DNA of 64,000 bases from Anthoceros angustus (taxonomy: Eukaryota; Plantae; Anthocerotophyta): NCBI GenBank assembly GCA_010909165.1, contig MU008187.1, forward strand, positions 190,247 to 254,246, written 5' to 3'. Every line of letters starts with the position of its first letter. Within the stretch, counting starts at the first letter, position 1. Shown here in pieces: positions 35,631-48,012 of this stretch. A program made the position numbers and the translations under genes. The notes below the pieces were generated by a model, which saw only the letters and a list, made by a program, of their open reading frames with translations, did not search any database and was not told the origin of the DNA.

Positions 35631-37548
35631 ATAGACATTTGAGCCGATTGCCTTGAAGGCTCAGATAGTTTTGCGAGTGCTAAACCCTAAACTCTTTAAA
35701 TCTAAACCATATAATTCCTTGATATTTAACGTGTTTACAGGTTATGGCAAAATGAAGTGCTTCAGCCTATGGCTTAGGCCAAATGAAGTGCTTCAGCCTA
35801 CAACTTAGGCCAAATGGACATTTATAAGAACGCCAGGATTAAGCATCATGAGCTTGGATCGGTACTTAGATGGGGTGCCTAAAGGGAGTGGATGCCCTTG
35901 GTTCAAGTAGCTTAGGCACACCATGGTACAAGTTGTTAAGTACCAAGTCCCATGACGAAATCATTAGTGGACTTAAATAAAATTCTTCTTCTTCTTCTTC
36001 TATGCACTCTCAATAAAATTCTTCTTCTTCTTCTTCTATGCACTCTCCTGACACGACAATGAATGGGATTCGTACAAGTTGTTAAGTACCAATTCCCATG
36101 ACGGAAATCCGTCCTTAGTGGACTTAAATAAAATTCTTCTTCTTCTTCTTCTTCTATGCACTCTTCCGACACGACAATGACAAGATTACGTAAATTTTTG
36201 ACGCCCAATCTATGGCCTGCTACTTATTCAAGCATGTGGACGCTAGCAAATATTAGCCAGTTTCTTTGGTCGGAGTGGGAGTGTTCACTTACAATGGCAT
36301 GCCATGTTCCATATTCGACTTGACACTAGGAAGAAGTTTGCAACTTGCCAGCAAAACGTTGGATGACTTTGGTTTTGCTCTTGTAGCTTTAATCTTTCTT
36401 CTACTCCACGGAAGCATTGTTGGATGCTTCCGAAGCTCAGCAGAAAACGAGGTATGAATGTTGCGAGTGCTACTTATTCAGAGTGACTCCTTGCTGTAAA
36501 AGCTCACGCCTCACGCCGCATAATGTCACTGTGGACTCGTGACTGCTCTCGCCATGTTCATTGTGCAAATATTTCTCAATGCAGCTAGACTCGTTTTCAT
36601 GGAAGTTTTAGACAACAGCTCGGTTTCCTGCAAGAGTGTTTAGGACTCCAGACTTGCATTCAACTAGAGAGGCCACGCTGGCTTCTCAAGGCACTGAGAA
36701 CCAAGTGTGGCCTCCTCAGCTTTTTTTCTCTCTTGAGTGTGAGTGAAGGCATCATGTCATGCTCACTACACCATGCTAATTACTTGTCTGCACTCAATCA
36801 ATTTTAGACTCGGGGTTGGAGATGTATCTACGGCCCCCTGGTCTGTAGAAGAGTACTCCTCCTACTTTTATTGGACCCTGTTAGCCAATAGGGCCGTTAG
36901 GGCCACACAACCCTTCACGAGGAGTCGCACCTCCTCATCAACAGACATCAGACATCACCGTAAGCTTTTCCTTGGGCTTTGGACCCAAGAGACTCTACCG
37001 ATGGACCCAAGAGACTCTACCGAAGCCCGTAAGCTCTTCCTTGGGCTTTGTATTTTTTTTTTTTTTTTCATAAAGCCCTACTTACATTATAAATAACATG
37101 AGGTTATTCATTGAGCATATATTATTTTTGAAAAAATATTATCTTTTTACTACATCTTCTTTCATTATATTGCAACCACCACCAAGTAAACTTAGCAGGT
37201 TCATGTGGTCCATGTGGTCCATGTGGTCCATGTGGTCCATGTGGTCCATGTGGTCCATGTGGTCCATGTGAGCCGTGATACCTACATACGCCTTTTATAT
37301 ATCGTGAACATGAAATACATGCATGACAAGGCTCCTTCTGAGAGAGGATGAACTTCTTGGCAATGTGATGACCTTTCTACTTGGAGAATTTGGAGGTGCA
37401 AAACCTCCATACATATGACAACACTCCTTTCGAGGGGGAGAGGATCCTTTACGATGATGTTTCCGATTGGAGCGAGTTTATAGTGCAAAACCTACATAAG
37501 GATGACATTACCTCCTAACCCGAGACGACTCCTTGGGACGATGTTTGG

Positions 37549-38299
37549 GATTGGAGAAAGATGAATGTTTTACCTCCTATTTGTCATAGGGAGATTGTGG
37601 CACATGCTTCCTCTTTGCAAGCTTAGCTGTCGTTAATGCTAGAATTGCTATAAGATATGGGACATCTCCATTACAACTTTCAGTGCAAGATTACATCGAC
37701 AATTGGCAACCTAGGACTTCCAACGAGCAAGACTTGGCTGCTGGACACAAAAAATTGGCAACTCTCAACAAGGAGCTCCGCGAACATGTTTGCATACCAT
37801 GCACATATGGTGGACATAACCTAGATGTAATGAAGTATGTGAAAAAACATGGCGTAATTTGGGAAGAAAATTGTCCATACCATTCGGATGGTTGTCACCA
37901 AAATCCGAGCCATGGCCAACGCAATGCTTTAACATATAAGAGATTTGAAGTACTTCCGAGACTTGAGCATCCCAATGATGAAAGATTTTGTGAATTACAC
38001 AACAGTCGTAGTATCCATTAACTATGAGGAGGACGAGTTTGACGATCATCCCGACCACCAAGCTCGAAAAGCTTATTCTGGTAGGTGCGGTGCAAATGAT
38101 AAAGATCCATATGATATGGAGCATCAAGTGTTAATAGTAGGGTTCGATAACGAGAACAAAGTGTGGATCTTATAGAGAACAACGTGTGGATCTTATAGAA
38201 CTACTGGATGAAAAGTGGGGTGATAATGGGTGTTTTGAAATCAACTTCACAAATAGCGCATCTGGAATCTATAACGACGCCTGCATACCTATCCTTTAA
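37549..38299 (+). pseudogene. Papain-like cysteine protease pseudogene, copy 2
   Basis: Same motifs as copy 1, with the same frameshift before GDCGTC and the same TAG before NYW. Confidence 0.8.
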
Positions 38300-38859
38300 G
38301 ATTATACTTACAACAAATATGAAATCTACTTTATGAATCTCCCAAAAGCTCAAGGCTTTAGTACTTAAGCTTTAACCTAGTCCAGATAATTCTTATAATA
38401 TCCTATGAACTTATCCCCTATTTTAGTCCAGTGATTGTGAGGATAAAAAGAAATAATTTTATTATTATTATAAACTATTCATTTTATTATAATCAAACTC
38501 AAAATTTTATCTCGTGAATATATATACAGTCCTGGTGGCTCTCCTTCCGGGTCGAGCTCTCCAATAAGCCTGAAGCTGGCAGGCGTGCAAGGATCGGAAA
38601 TGGGCGTCGTAACTGCTGGAACCGTGAGCAAGTCATGTCAGCAGGGAAAGCTTTCTGAGGCTGTTGGAGCCCTGGAATCTCTGACGAAGACATTTTCTTC
38701 TATTTCTCAGTCTCTGTTTGCACCGGGCCAGAATTCTCTGCAAAAACGAAGGATCTGGTTTTGTGGCAACGAGTTCTTGACCTCACTGTCAAACTTGGGT
38801 ACGACGTAGTTGGGGAACCCTATCTTGCGAATGTATGCATGCGGAGGTAGGCTGCAGGA

Positions 38860-39410
38860 GGCCATGGATGTGTCCACCAGGGTAGGCAAACCAAATGTCT
38901 TCATGCGATCTCTGCACTGCTGAGCGCGGAAAACCTACTGAGGCATACAACTGTACCATGAGATGTGCAGGTCATAAGGGAAGGCTGATGTCACGGCTTT
39001 GTAGCTGCTCTTCAAGCTTGTGTATTTGCCGGCGAATGGGAATCTGGCAGAAGAGGTCACTTTGATGTGTTGCACAGTGGCATTCCTCTTAACTTGTCTG
39101 TTGGCACCTCCGTGGTGGACATGTTTGCAAAATGTGGGGGAACTGGAAGATGCACGCAGGGTTTTTGACACCTTGGCCACAGAAAATGTGTTGATATGGA
39201 CGGTGCTGATTGCCGGGTATTTACAGCAAGAGCTTGGACATAAGGCACTAGTTGTGTATGTACGAATGGAGAAGGATGATTTAGCTAACCCTGTTACTTT
39301 TGCAAGCCATGGTGCCTTACAGAGGGGCAGGCTGTTGCGCTCACACATGGTTCAACGGGGACTGCTGGATGAAGTAGTGGTGGGCAACTGCCTCGTGGAC
39401 ATCTTAACGG
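38860..39410 (+). pseudogene. PLS-class PPR fragment (copy 3)
   Basis: GELEDARRVFDTLATENVLIWTVLIAGYLQQELGHKAL...NPVTF...VVVGNCLVDI. Confidence 0.8.
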
Positions 39411-39870
39411 AGGTACGCCCTTTGAACAATCCAGGCAGACAGGTCGAAGTTGGGGTAGGTCAGGGTCAGATCTGCATCGTCCTCTGTGGGCAGAAATGAA
39501 GGGACAGTTACGGAGATGCTGACGTTGATCTCGGGCATCAGCGCAGAGTAGTCGATCCAAACTCCAACGCTGCTGCCGTTGCCACAATGCCTGAGGGTTT
39601 GCTCGGTACTGTGTCTGTTTCTATTGCCACCAGATTGGTAGTTCCATCCACTGGCCTTCCTGTATCACTGTTAGAGTCAAAGAGCCCCAATCCTGCCCCC
39701 ACCCATTCCGGAGGGCTGGCCTCCAGAGTTTGTGCAATGAAGGAGGCAAGTCCGTCCGCAATCACAGGCGCCGTGCTTGAAGCTGAAAGAGATGGTGAAC
39801 ACAAACGAGGGCCGGAAGGACGCAACTGTTCAACAATGTAACCACTGAGCTGGAGCCTGCACATCAGCTT
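39410..39870 (-). pseudogene. Legume (L-type) lectin domain fragment (further copies at ~26690-27075 minus and ~27430-27880 plus)
   Basis: IADGLASFIA...GAGLGLFDSN...NLVAIETDT resembles the GADGLAF/GxLGLF/VAVEFDT signature. Confidence 0.6.
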
Positions 39871-41709
39871 GGTTTTGGCCTACAATGCATCATCCATTGC
39901 ATGAAATGGCTGAAAAGTGGCCTCTTCGATCCGCGTACCCGGCGGCGCGTACCGGGACTGGACTAAACTTCGATCGCTACTGGGTAACTAACAGATCCGG
40001 CTTTTCCTTTTCCCACCGCAAACGGGAACGGAGGGGAAAAGCACATGGGGACTTGCAAATTGCAACATCCATACCTTGTTTTCCGGAGAATGCTATGCAG
40101 GTTGATTTTTCCCTGCGTTACCACACACGACCTGTCCTGTGGATGGGATTTGCTCGTTCTTTTCCCTTCAAATCTTTTACATGAAAATGTACCTACACAT
40201 GTAGTAATAAGCCGATTGCTTTGTTGCAGGGCCCGAGTTCACCATCCCACTCACTCTTCACGCTCCTCCATCAAGAAGTTTACAAGCGGAGACGACTTGA
40301 TGTGAAGACAATGTGGGCTCGGAGCCAGCACCATCGCTGCAAGAGTGGGGGCAACGTTTGCTGAATGCTCACCGGCGTCCTGAACAGTTCCTGTCACGTA
40401 AGTGATGCAAGGGTTTAAGACTACATACTTGCACGCTTGAAGTTCTTCTGCTCAATTGCTGGGACTGCAGGAGAAAGTCCTTTTTCATTGCTGGCTCTCA
40501 GCTGAATCTGTTTGTTAGTGGTAAGGGTTTTTAATCCTGACATGGCATGCTTGAAGGCTGCATGCTCAGACAGGATATTGAGGTGTGGGGGACAAGAAAG
40601 ATCAGCTTGATCGTGCCCTCTCTCTGCTGCCTTGGGTTTGAGACGTGGTATGTTTTATCTCGTCTGCAGAGTATGCTACCATGTGTAGCTTATCGTGACC
40701 TGCAGTTTGCTCCATCCAAGTCGGTGGTATGACATTTGCTTATAGTGCTCTATCACGATTTCTACATTTAGTTATGTCAGTGACTGCTGAGTATACCTCC
40801 TTCGTTGTAAAGCTAGCAGGGCAATGGCATATGGAGCTCTAAAGTCAAGAATGTTCACTGAGCTAAAAATTCACTACCAACTCCCAGCAGTGGTCCTGAT
40901 GGATATAGGAGGATAGCAATGTTCAAGCTTCAAAGAAGAATCCGTGAGTCTCCCTGATCCTAGCAGTAGCCTTCCCTATACTCTTGAGATTCCCAAATCC
41001 TAGTAATCCACTTTCACTGAAGATTACTCCTTTCAAGAGTCGTACCTACTCTAAAGACTCCCCCATCCCTCTAGTTCTACCAACTGTAAAGAATCCCTCG
41101 TCCCTCTGGTAGGTAGGTTCTACCCTACTGCTAAGACTCCCCCATACCAGTTGTCCTACCTACTATCTGGACTTCCCCATCCAGGAGTCGCTGCCCGATT
41201 TTTCCAAGCTCACTTGGAAAGATAATTGTGACGAGTAGTCCTACCTATTACTAAGGGAGACCGAGTTGTGCAAGCTCACTTTTGTTATGAGTAGTGCTAC
41301 CTACCATAAGGGAAATCGATTTGTGCAAGCTCAATTTTGTCATGAGTAGTGCTACTACCATAAGGGAGACCGATTTGTGCAAGCTCACTTGGACTGATAC
41401 TTGTTATGAGAGCTCGTGGACTGATACTTTGTTATGGAGCCCATTAGTTGTTACTCATGCTGATGAATCAGCAGGGAGGAAACAACTTCAAAGACTTGTG
41501 TTAGAAGAATAGCAGGCCCTTGAGCTGGGTTGGACAGGAGAGGGATTAGGAATGGTAAGAAATCTTTCTTCTAGAATCTTTGTGTTCTACTTAGTTCATC
41601 TCTAAGAAGTTCTACTCTTAAGTCATATCATTGAATATATAATGGATTTCATTGCACATACATGTTTAATATAAGATTAAACAAGTGGATGAGCAGATCC
41701 CTTTTTCCA

Positions 41710-41860
41710 TGTCTTGTTTCATGGAACAAGGGTCTCACAGCCCAATAAGGATCTCACAGCCCAACAAGGATCTCACAGCCCAACCGGGATCTTACAGCCC
41801 AACAGGGATCTCACGGCCCAACAGGGCTCTCCCGGCCCAACAGGGATCTCACAGCCCAAT
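41710..41860. repeat. 19-bp minisatellite AACAGGGATCTCACAGCCC, about 7 copies
   Basis: Read directly. Confidence 0.9.
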
Positions 41861-41967
41861 AAATCATACTTGAGCTCCTATCCTTCTTCTTGCATGTGTG
41901 GTCCTCATTTCAATAACTTATCATAGAAAAATAATATTTTATAACTCATAATAAATAATGACATACA

Positions 41968-44409
41968 CTAGTGTTGTTCAGCTTTCCAAGCAAGCTCAAC
42001 ATCTTCACATAGTGGTCGTGTCAGCCTCCACTTACAAAGCCTTGGATTTCTTGCATCTTCATACAACACAACCTTTTGATCATCCCCACCACTGCATATG
42101 TATTTATCATCCTTTGATATAGCTACAGTGTTAATACATCTGGAATGATCCTTAAACTGTTTAATACATGGCTTCCCAAGAGATATATCCCAGACGCTAA
42201 TAGTTCCATTTCCGCTGGCCGTAACCAGCACATCCTCATTGTGAAACCATTTGGTATCATTCACTCCCTGATCCCCAACATCAACATATCCATAGTATTG
42301 ACCAGCATTGTCTATGGAGGGCATGGGCTTGCCATGACTCAACCGATGCAAAGCCCTGGAGTTCCGAGAACTGGGTTGCACTGCGGGAAGTGGCCTACCA
42401 ATGGGTATAGGCCCAGGGATAAATGGCATGAACCTTGTATCCCACACCGTAGATGTGTTCCCTGTACATGAAGCTTGAAAGAATGTACCCGAGGAGCAGA
42501 AAGAGGCAGAAGTGACCTCATCCCCTACACTTAGTCGGGCTATTCCACCTCCAGTCCTCATGTCAAACAAACCCACAGTGCCGTCTCCCGAGCCCGAGAT
42601 GATGGTTCTCCCATCAGAGCTCGTCCCCACCGTGGTGATGAAGGCATCATGCGCAGGAAACGAGAGGACTCGTTCAAGGGCAGTAACGTCCCAAACTTGC
42701 ACTATAGCGGGCTTTTCTTTTTTCTTGTTGTCACTGCCGCAAACCAAAGTGTTTTGGCCGCAAAATCCAATAGCGTCCATGGACGGTGCATCCTGTCGGG
42801 GAAGTACAAGCTCTGATGCGTTCAGGTGGGCTACGAGGTCCCCTGAAAGTACATTCCAGAGCAGCAGCTTGTCATCACCAGGCCCGCCGCTGGTGGCAAC
42901 AATGCAAGAGTTCTCCGGTGCCACAGCGAGGGCAAGAATTTTGTCATGGTGTTCAGGGCTGGCGGCGTCCCCAGGTCGGGGCCCCATGGTATGCAGACAC
43001 TTCCCTGTGTGCGGGTCCCAAACCTTCACCAAATTGGTTGCGCAGGAGACTATCCTTTCTCCGCCGAAGGCGAACTCCACAGTTTGGATCTGGCTGTTAT
43101 GGCCTTCCAGCTCCGTCGCCCGCCCAGTGTTCAGGTCGTAGAGAAGAAGCTCGTGGGGAGCTTCGTTGCAGCTGCAAACAAGCTGAGGGCGGCCGCGCGG
43201 ATGGAACCTCACGTCCAGCACCTTCTGGACAGCTTGCTCCACTCTCTGCAACGGCAGAACCACGGCCCCGCTGGAAGTGTAAGCGCACCAGGTTGCGCAC
43301 CAGGAAGAGAAATCTCTTTGCCTCAGGAAGGCGCCCACGCTCGCCCTTCGGCAGAGCCGGGAGTCCCATCCCTGGACGAAGGATTTCCAATTCCATCCGA
43401 CTCTCCCAGTTCGCACCGGGTAGTGGGCACCCGTGGAATTGGAGCCCATTTCCCGGGCTTGGACACATCGTAAGACGTTGCCCCACTCCATCGCATTCGA
43501 CCCTTTCTTGTTGGGCAGGACAGGGTTGGCCTCACTGGATCCCCAAGCGCGGACAGGCTTCCCTGCTGCGCCCATCGGGGTCATTCCTATCCTACCCTCT
43601 TCTCCATCGGAGGCCTCCGACCCAGAATCCTCAGCTTTCAGTCTCCTGATGATAGCTCGAAGCCTCGTTTGGAGCTCATCCAGGAGCTCCAATTTGCGGG
43701 CAGCAATCGCTCTAGTGTCCACAACAACACCATTCCCTTCCTGATTCCTTTCATGCTCCTGAGAAGCTGAAACACCTCTTCTCCCTTTCACATTCCCACG
43801 AAGAGAGTAGGTCTTTAACATTGCCCTTCCAACACTTCCATCATCCATTGCACCCGGTATTGGAGATGCTTCCCGGTCTACGGAAATGGAGCCAAGCCTT
43901 CGCTCGTTTGACTTTGTGCCCAATAGGCGATGGTGGGTCTTCTGAATATAGCTCACAACAAACGCCCGTTTCTTTTCCACATCCACTGCAGCAGCTGTCT
44001 CTGGATGCTTACCCAACCACTCGAATATTTCCTTGGACCTCACCACATCCCGCTTACCCAGGCTCTTCAACCAATCGTACACCGGCTTCCATTTTGGAGA
44101 AATGGGCTTGGATCCTGTACCTTTGCTACAACTCCCTACCCACAACCTACCACCATCCTCATGCCTCTTTGTAGCTCCAGCCAATATGAGCCTATGCTGC
44201 GATTGCAAATACCCAACCACATGATCTGTTGTAGCTTCAATAATCTCCGGGGCAAGATCAGCTGCACTAATCTCCAACCATCGCTCAATCTGCTCACGTC
44301 TCACAACTTCCTCCGAAGAAATGGTTTGCAGCCACTCCTCAGCACGAGCCCACCCAATAAGCTCCCTCCCTCGCTTCCGCCCCAAGGGCGAGGGAGACGA
44401 TCTGACCAT
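41968..44409 (-). CDS. Intronless WD40 repeat protein, inverted paralog of 18903-21428
   Basis: Open ORF, near-identical in the WD40 half and more diverged at the N-terminus. The ATG at 44409 aligns with 18903. Confidence 0.9.
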   Translation of the reverse strand: MVRSSPSPLGRKRGRELIGWARAEEWLQTISSEEVVRREQIERWLEISAADLAPEIIEATTDHVVGYLQSQHRLILAGATKRHEDGGRLWVGSCSKGTGSKPISPKWKPVYDWLKSLGKRDVVRSKEIFEWLGKHPETAAAVDVEKKRAFVVSYIQKTHHRLLGTKSNERRLGSISVDREASPIPGAMDDGSVGRAMLKTYSLRGNVKGRRGVSASQEHERNQEGNGVVVDTRAIAARKLELLDELQTRLRAIIRRLKAEDSGSEASDGEEGRIGMTPMGAAGKPVRAWGSSEANPVLPNKKGSNAMEWGNVLRCVQAREMGSNSTGAHYPVRTGRVGWNWKSFVQGWDSRLCRRASVGAFLRQRDFSSWCATWCAYTSSGAVVLPLQRVEQAVQKVLDVRFHPRGRPQLVCSCNEAPHELLLYDLNTGRATELEGHNSQIQTVEFAFGGERIVSCATNLVKVWDPHTGKCLHTMGPRPGDAASPEHHDKILALAVAPENSCIVATSGGPGDDKLLLWNVLSGDLVAHLNASELVLPRQDAPSMDAIGFCGQNTLVCGSDNKKKEKPAIVQVWDVTALERVLSFPAHDAFITTVGTSSDGRTIISGSGDGTVGLFDMRTGGGIARLSVGDEVTSASFCSSGTFFQASCTGNTSTVWDTRFMPFIPGPIPIGRPLPAVQPSSRNSRALHRLSHGKPMPSIDNAGQYYGYVDVGDQGVNDTKWFHNEDVLVTASGNGTISVWDISLGKPCIKQFKDHSRCINTVAISKDDKYICSGGDDQKVVLYEDARNPRLCKWRLTRPLCEDVELAWKAEQH

Positions 44410-45072
44410 AACCTTGTTCAATGCCGGAAAAAACTAGCTCCCACTCCTCCCAAGGCATTACCATCCAACACCAACTTTTCCCATCCAATATTATCCAGCT
44501 CTCATATCGTTCCCTCCTCTTGTCCACATTCAAAAATCATAACAGCCTTCGAATTCATAACCGACCTCATAACTTACAAAGTTACCAGTATGTTCCACTC
44601 CCTTCCGGCATGTTCCACTCCTTTCGTCCGAGTCCCCAATTCGTTTCGTCTCCCCTCCTTCCCTCAAGTCCCCTCCTTTCCTCCAACTCCTTATCAGTCT
44701 AGCCAGCACCAGAAGGCGTTTGGAAATATAAACTAATCCTCAGCGCCTTCACATTTGTTACAAACTGCGAGGGAAGATGGGACAGAGATGGAATGGGGGA
44801 AATGCGCCATCAAGTACAGGAAGATGCACAAAGAGTCATGAGTCATTCTGCCTTAGCGGAATGTGGTGCAGCGGAGGCAGCTGAGAGCTACTCACTACGC
44901 AACATCATCATCCTTGCATGCAGCACCTATCCCATTTTTTTTCGGCCATGAGGCCCGTTGGCTAATAAGTAGCCCCCTCGGGAGCCACCAACCCTAGGGA
45001 GAGGTTTGCCCTAAGTTTTCGACTTCGTATCTTCTCCCCCTTCGCCCTCTCCACCCCTCACAGGAGTGAAGC

Positions 45073-45261
45073 ATGGCGTGGGCATTCAGAAGGCTCCCGC
45101 TGAGGACAAGGAACTTCATCGTGGCGGGAGGCTTGACGATGTTCATATCTGGAGTATATGTGTACACCATGCGAGCTGTAGGAGGCCATGACGAGCTGGA
45201 CGTGGCCATAACCAATTTTGACAAGGAGAAGGCTCTCAAATCGGAGAGCGGAGCTTCATAA
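45073..45261 (+). CDS. COA3: Small mitochondrial cytochrome c oxidase assembly factor 3-like protein (62 aa)
   Basis: RTRNFIVAGGLTMFISGVYVYTMRAVGGHDELDVAI matches the recalled plant COA3-like motif KNxxVAGGLxxFVxGVYxYTMRAVGGxDEL. Confidence 0.7.
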   Translation: MAWAFRRLPLRTRNFIVAGGLTMFISGVYVYTMRAVGGHDELDVAITNFDKEKALKSESGAS

Positions 45262-45384
45262 GCGCCGTTGCGATGTTGCAATCTGATGTGTTGTTTGCTT
45301 GAGGGAAAGAACCCCGGTTTGTAAGCAGGAATTTCAAGATGGCTTGGAAGGATATGGAGCTGTTGGAACACTATGTCCACTAGA

Positions 45385-45515
45385 TGGCTTGCTGGCTTGA
45401 GGAACATGGAACTTGTTGGCTTGAGGAACACGGAGCTTGTTGGCTTTGAGGAACGTGCAGCTTGTTGGCTTGGAGGAACGTGCAGCTTGTTGGCCTTTGA
45501 GGAACATGGAGTTGT
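45385..45515. repeat. ~24-bp minisatellite GCTTGTTGGCTTGAGGAAC...
   Basis: About 5 copies read directly. Confidence 0.8.
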
Positions 45516-45974
45516 AGATTCTGGATGGTCTCTTAGAATGCACAACATGAGGTGCGGATCATAGCCAATTTAGGACATGCTGCAATTGATGCCGTCTGCC
45601 ACCATCTTGGAAAAATGACAGATGTATTCAAATTGACATATGTATTCAAAATTGTAGCATGTGCAATGCAGATCCATCTGTTCTAAATGGCAGATGTGTT
45701 CACATGTCCTTTTAGAGAGTGGACACCTCAATGGTTCCCCTTCAATGTCTTGCAAAAGATGATTCAAAGGTTTATGGGAAACGTTTTTTTCCTTCCATAT
45801 ATTTGTACAAAGTATATCTACGTCTTTCAATGCTCCCGCAAACCTTTTGGGTCTTCAAATAGTGGATGAAGATGGATGGCACGGTCCAGACAAACACAAC
45901 TATGTATGTACATGTTTCTGTGTGGTTTTGAAACCCATGAATGAACCAATCACAATCACCTAGATTTTATCCGT

Positions 45975-47497
45975 CTACTTCAGCAGCTGGAGAATGATGC
46001 AACATGAAGTCCAAACGGCCATCAAGGCAGCCCTTACGACGAAGGGGTTCCGATAAATTCTGCATAGCCATCAGCATTGGTATCAATCATTTAGCAACAA
46101 TGACATAGAGAAAACAGTTTAACAGTACAAGCTAAAGGTCAAGGGATCTCACCCCACAGCTGTAGCGCCCCAAGAAGCAGCTGTATACATGAACTTGCCA
46201 TAGTCCCACAGCTTTCGCAACTTTCCCTTCTTTTCAAGATCTGTGAAAGCTGCGCTAATCGCTGCCACATAAAATTGCATCACAAAACAACTAAAGACCA
46301 CAAACACGTCTCTTGCTGTTAGCACACCAGCTCTGCAAACAAGGAGACGTACCTTCCTGCAGCTCCTTAGGTGCCATTTTCTGTGAACAAAATGCAGTTT
46401 GGTAAGCACATTGAGAGCCAAGATAAACCTGTGCGAAGCAGTGAAGAGGTAAAAGCGGCCCCATGTCCAATGCCTGAGTCAATCACACACCTTGGCCTGC
46501 GGTATTGTAGATATATATTTTGCCATGAAGCATGCAATAGCCTCCACAATGTCTTCTTGAGAGACCACAACATAGCCATCAGACCCAAGCTCATCCCTTT
46601 CTTCCCTCACCTCAATCTTTGAAAAGTCATTTTCCGTGATCATAAACCAGGAGCCTGCATCTCCTGCACGTATGTCTCTATCAGCATCCATGAAGAACAT
46701 CCATGCTGCAGAGGAAAACTCAAAAAAGCAGCATTCTTCATGAAGGTGAAACTCTGTAATACCAGTTAAAGCTCCCCACCTTCAGACTTGCCCACCGCCT
46801 TCTGATCTGATGAGTCAGTTTGGCCTGCCGCATCTGTGGGTGTGAGAGAGCCTCCAAGCTTCTCGAGAAAAAGAGGAGATTCCAACTTCCTCTTCAATGC
46901 GTCATAGAACTACGAACGAGAAAAAATTGCTTCAGAAACCAAACCTAATCACACTAACCAGATTGCCCGTGCAATTCTCCAGCCTAATGATACCCACCGC
47001 TTTGCCACCTTCTGCTGCAACCACTGACTTGGAAGAGCTGCCTGATGAGCCCACCGACACCTACAAGAATGCCCAACGATCATGCCCTGCAAAATGCTTC
47101 ACAATGACAAAAACTTCAAACTGCCCCAAACCCGTGCGCACATGACAGCGCAACTCCAAAACACCATTCCCGACCCCCCAGACCCAGAACCCCCATGAAG
47201 AATCGGCCGGCTTTACACCCGCAAAACAAAATTCACCTGCTCCGTATCCAGCACCTCCTCCTTCCCATCTCGAACCTGCAGAGTCTCCAAAGCCTTCTGA
47301 TACTTCTCAATTGTAGCCTTGAGCCTCTCGTTCTCCAGCCTGGTCTGAGCCAAAGCCCCCTCGGCAGCCACGCACTCCTGCTCCCGGGCAACTACAGCTG
47401 CAGAATGGTCATGATGGCGCTCCAAGGCGGCCCAAGCGTGATCGGCCACCTCCGCCACGGCCACGGCCACATGAAGGCCGCCGTGCGGCACCACCAT
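45975..47497 (-). CDS. Conserved land-plant protein of unknown function (N-terminal coiled coil), multi-exon
   Basis: Exons encode LENERLKATIEKY, GYVVVSQEDIVEAIACFMAKYI, KKGKLRKLWDYGKFMYTAASWGATAVG and IYRNPFVVRAALMAVWTSC*. GT-AG boundaries are consistent. The start is inferred. Confidence 0.75.
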
Positions 47498-48012
47498 GGC
47501 TTTCAAATCTCCTGCGACCCAGAATTCCACACAGCTTTTCAATCACGGTGTCCTCAAGCACCAATCCCCGACATTCCCCACCACCCATCAGGACCGACAG
47601 CTCGGACGAGTCGGGAACAGGACCTCAACAACCGTGGGGTAATTTCATGCGGACTGCAGCTTTGCTCCACAAATCTTCAAACGTAGGCGCCCACTTGTTT
47701 GGCTTACGACGAAGAGGTGGCAAGGCAGACCAGATTCTGCCTTAGCTTCGGTCGGCCTTTTCGTGACGGTTGCTTCAATCAGCAGGAAGGCACCGTACGT
47801 AACTTTTGTTTCCATATACGGAAGGCTACGGCTTGTCAGCCCGACGGCTCCAAGGTATAACCTGTAGACTAGGTCTGTACTACCTTAGTGACGAGGGAGA
47901 GAACTTTTCTCGTAAACATGCCATGTTCGCTAGGTTACAATATATGTTGTGATCAAGGATTCGATTATCTTTTTCTCAGTGTCATGGCAGCAGGAGATCA
48001 TGGTTTCTGTTA

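Larger units (their letters stand above)
21620..39800. repeat. Complex local amplification: five copies of a 1.5-2.2 kb tRNA-Asp module, two copies of a ~5.5 kb block, plus interspersed inverted pieces
   Basis: 21620-27080 matches 34300-39800. Module restarts occur at about 28840, 30210, 32510, 34045 (short) and 34300. Confidence 0.95.

Noticed and set aside
21780-36200. CRISPR-like regularly repeated units
   Set aside because: Eukaryotic context, no unique spacers and no cas genes; the repeats are explained by minisatellites and segmental amplification.
42786-43649. 287-aa and other ORFs antisense to the WD40 genes, and similar shadow ORFs over AHA1, the GT gene and SERINC
   Set aside because: Antisense or alternate-frame shadows of GC-rich coding sequence with no recognisable motifs.
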